DNA of 64,000 bases from Utricularia gibba (Eukaryota; Plantae; Magnoliophyta): contig NEEC01000015.1 of NCBI GenBank assembly GCA_002189035.1, forward strand, positions 806,001 through 870,000, written 5' to 3'. Within the stretch, counting starts at the first letter, position 1. Every line of letters begins with the position of its first letter. The translations under genes and the position numbers were made by a program. Shown in pieces: positions 61,089-64,000 of this stretch. The notes under the pieces are model-generated. The model did no database searches. It had not been told where the DNA came from and saw nothing but the letters and a program-made list of their open reading frames with translations.

Positions 61089-62980
61089 ATGGCTAATTTG
61101 TACACTCATAAGAACTTCTCCCCTGCAAGAAATATTCCTTCTCCTCGTCCGAGGACTAATGCTGATGTCGAGAGGTAACTGGGATTTTATAGTTTGTGTT
61201 ATGGATTGTTTATTTCCAGGTGCTTGATGAGGGGTGCCTGTGAATTTGCGTGTGCTTGATTGGCTGCAGTCAGTACTTGTCGGAGTTACTGTCGGAAAGG
61301 CAGAAGCTTGCGCCGTTCATGCAAGTGCTACCCGTTTGTAGTCGTCTCTTGGATCAAGGTTAGTAGCACCTGCATTCAAATTCTGGATCTGATATCTGTG
61401 CTCAACGCATTCCGCTGCTGGTTTTTGACCTGATGCTTGATTTGAGCATCAACAATGGCATCCAATCAATTTTTATCTGATCCTCGCCGACAATTCCTGC
61501 GGAGTATTTGAGACTGTGTGTTGATTTTTTACAGGGGTGTTTACTTCTGGTGGTTGTTGGTGTTTGGTGGGAAGCATTGAATATGTGCTTAGTTCCCAGT
61601 GTGTACATGTACTCGTTTAAAATGCTCAGATATTAGACAATGTCCCTACTCCTGTTTTCCATTGATATCCATTTTTGGCAAGAACCGGCTCTTCAAGTTC
61701 ATTCAATGTTATACTCTAGCAGTTCCATTTGAATGATATCTCAGTAGTCTCGAACTCTTATATTCTTCTTTGAGAATGCATGAGAGATCAAGGATACCTG
61801 CATCTTTTATACAGTTTCTGTTGTTGTCTTTTGAAATATGATGAAGGGCTCTCCGGATAGGATCATGTTTGTATTAAGTGAAATATGATTGTCTTTTATA
61901 TTGATCCCTTGTAGTATCTTCTTATTTGCTTCTATAGCTATGTGGTTTCATTTGTTCGGATTTGTAACCATTTGCCAATCGCAGAAATCATGAGAGTATC
62001 TGGAAGAATCTCAAACCATGGTTTGAATAACTATGACAGACTGCACAGTCCCTTCTCTTCCTTAGATGTGATGGCTCCCAATCCCTTAGGGCAGCTTCCT
62101 CTAAGCAGCTGGAACTGGAATGACTGGAGCAGGTTGCACTCAGAGGTGACCTCACATTTCCATCATATAGTTTTGTGTAAGACTGACACCAGAGCACTAC
62201 ATTTTTGAAGGCTGAGATTTCTCTTTAGCAGTGGCTAAATGGTGGTGTGGAGGGTATGCCTGTGGACTGGAGACCTCCCGGGAGCCCCAGCTCATTCCCT
62301 GGGAAGAGAGTGCTTCGTCTCGGCATTCCAGTTGACGCATATCCAAATGTATGCGCCCCTCTACTGGTATTACACCCTCATTCTATATCACGTCTTCCCC
62401 TGATTCAGTCTTCATCAACAGTTCAACTTTGTGGGGCGGCTTCTTGGTCCCAGAGGCAACTCTCTGAAGCGGGTGGAGGCTTCAACCGGCTGCCGTGTTT
62501 TCATTCGAGGACGAGGCTCCCTAAAGGACACAGAGAAGGTGAACTTCTCCCACCCTCTGCAACTGATCCATTTCTGAGCTGTGGCGATGCTGAACATTGG
62601 TTTCTTCAGGAGGAGAACCTCCGGGGTAAACCGGGATACGAGCACCTAAACGAGCCATTGCACATCCTCATCGAACCAGACGCAGCGCAGGTACCCGCCG
62701 GCATCGTGGACATCAGACTGAAGCAAGCAAAGGAGATCATCGAGGAGCTGCTCAAGCCCGTGGTACATCATCATCTTCTCTGCATCTGATTGCTTCAGTT
62801 TGTGTGTTGTGTGACTTTTGGACGGGCGAACGGCAGGAGGAGTCGCAGGATGTGTACAAGAAGGAGCAGCTGAGGGAACTTGCAATGCTGAGGAACGTGG
62901 GAGAAGAGAGTCCCCAGCCAAATGGGAGTCTCTCCCCCTTCACTTCCGGTGGAATAAAACGTCCCAAGACTGGCTGGTAG
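61089..62980 (+). CDS. STAR-family KH-domain RNA-binding protein (SPIN1/Quaking-like), seven exons
   Basis: [21 protein letters not shown] (QUA1-like), [35 protein letters not shown] (KH, GxxG), [25 protein letters not shown] (QUA2), end KRPKTGW. Confidence 0.92.
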
Positions 62981-63587
62981 ATCTGAATCAGCCTTTTTTT
63001 GAAGTTAAAATCATCCCATTTCATAATCACATATCCCTTTTTCTTTTTTGCAACCTTAAAATCATGCAGTAACTTTGCAGGGGTAGGGTTTATACCTAAT
63101 TAATTGGATTTGTTTGTTATGTAACTAATTTTTGCCGGATTCTAGAACCTTCTCTTTAACCGGGTTCAAGTAAGATTATTTTTACGTATCGAAATATTTA
63201 GAATTCTTGAATGTATATATCCAAATTTTATGAATTTATGTATTTAAAATAACTTAAAACGTGTTTAAAAATAAATTATGTATTTATTTTATATCTGTAT
63301 AAGACGAATAATGAAAATGTCTAAAATTTCGACAAAATTTTATGGAATTTTTATTTTCCAAATTTTCTTAAAATTTGATCATTTTTTTGTTTAAATTAAA
63401 TATGAAATTCGAATTTTTTAAAAAATTCGAAATCGATGGTGTGGGTTGTGGTAAGGGCGGCCCATAGGAAGCCCAATGGGGTGGGAGAATGTTGAAGGAT
63501 TCGACATTTCAGGGTTAAAGCTTCGATTACTTGTGATGATCTTTGGGCGTTTCTGACCTAGTTTGTGGTGCCAAATTCAAGAGAAAA

Positions 63588-63757
63588 ATGGGGAAGCAGC
63601 CGGTGAGAATGAAGGCGGTGATCTACGCGTTGTCGCCGTTCCAGCAACAGGTGATGCCGGGCTTATGGAAGGATCTGCCGGGGAAGATCTCTCACAAGGT
63701 CTCCGAGAATTGGCTCAGCGCGACTCTTTTACTGGGTCCTCTCATCGGCACGTATTC
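63588..63757 (+). CDS. QCR8: Cytochrome b-c1 complex subunit 8, exon 1 (exon 2 lies beyond the window)
   Basis: MGKQPVRMKAVIYALSPFQQQVMPGLWKDLPGKISHKVSENW; donor GTAAGT at 63758. Confidence 0.92.
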
Positions 63758-64000
63758 GTAAGTATTTTCTTTTCTTCATGGTGAAATTGATTGTCTACGG
63801 TGTTTGGTTGTTGATATCCATTTTTTTTGTGAGGATTCGTAGAGTTGCCAGGCTTCTCGTTTATTAGGTTTTGTGAAATAGTTTTTTTGGGGAAGGATTG
63901 TGATGAAATGATGCACTGGGAAATAGAGTTCGTGAGCTGCTTCTGTGTCATTTTGCTTGAGAGAGAATATGGATTGACGGATTATGGATTTGGTAGAGCC

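Overview
Plant (eudicot) nuclear DNA with very high gene density: about 24 intact-looking protein-coding genes, three gene remnants and one U1 snRNA gene in 64 kb, mostly with short (about 60-150 nt) introns. This fits a miniaturised genome such as the Lentibulariaceae (Utricularia/Genlisea), which is an inference. Gene order: ABC1 kinase (runs off the left edge), plant membrane protein, PSA2, yippee-like, 5'-truncated anthranilate synthase alpha, UGT88, a solo LTR, SPCS2 (with a U12-type AT-AA intron), U1 snRNA, nucleotide-sugar transporter, a collapsed SYP81 pseudogene, DUF620, AP2 TF (9-nt microexon), ACR9-like, ALY, PUB13, XBAT31, an ~8 kb transposon nest (Ac/Ds-type hAT MITEs, two LTR-like copies, a long foldback, a duplicated XBAT31 3' end), TIM9, DUF506, IDN2/FDM-like, SCL14-like GRAS, a MULE-like element, RAB5IF-like, CBSX3, UCH2, RPL15, DUF1191, KH/STAR protein and QCR8 (runs off the right edge). 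No CRISPR, rRNA or convincing tRNA was found. I found no wholly new multi-gene system. The best leads are the truncated anthranilate synthase, which keeps all splice phases and appears to have its own promoter, the deletion-collapsed SYP81 remnant, the non-canonical minor intron and the variant U1. Three otherwise intact genes carry 1-nt deletions in homopolymer runs, which suggests consensus errors. All product names come from recalled sequence similarity, not from database searches.
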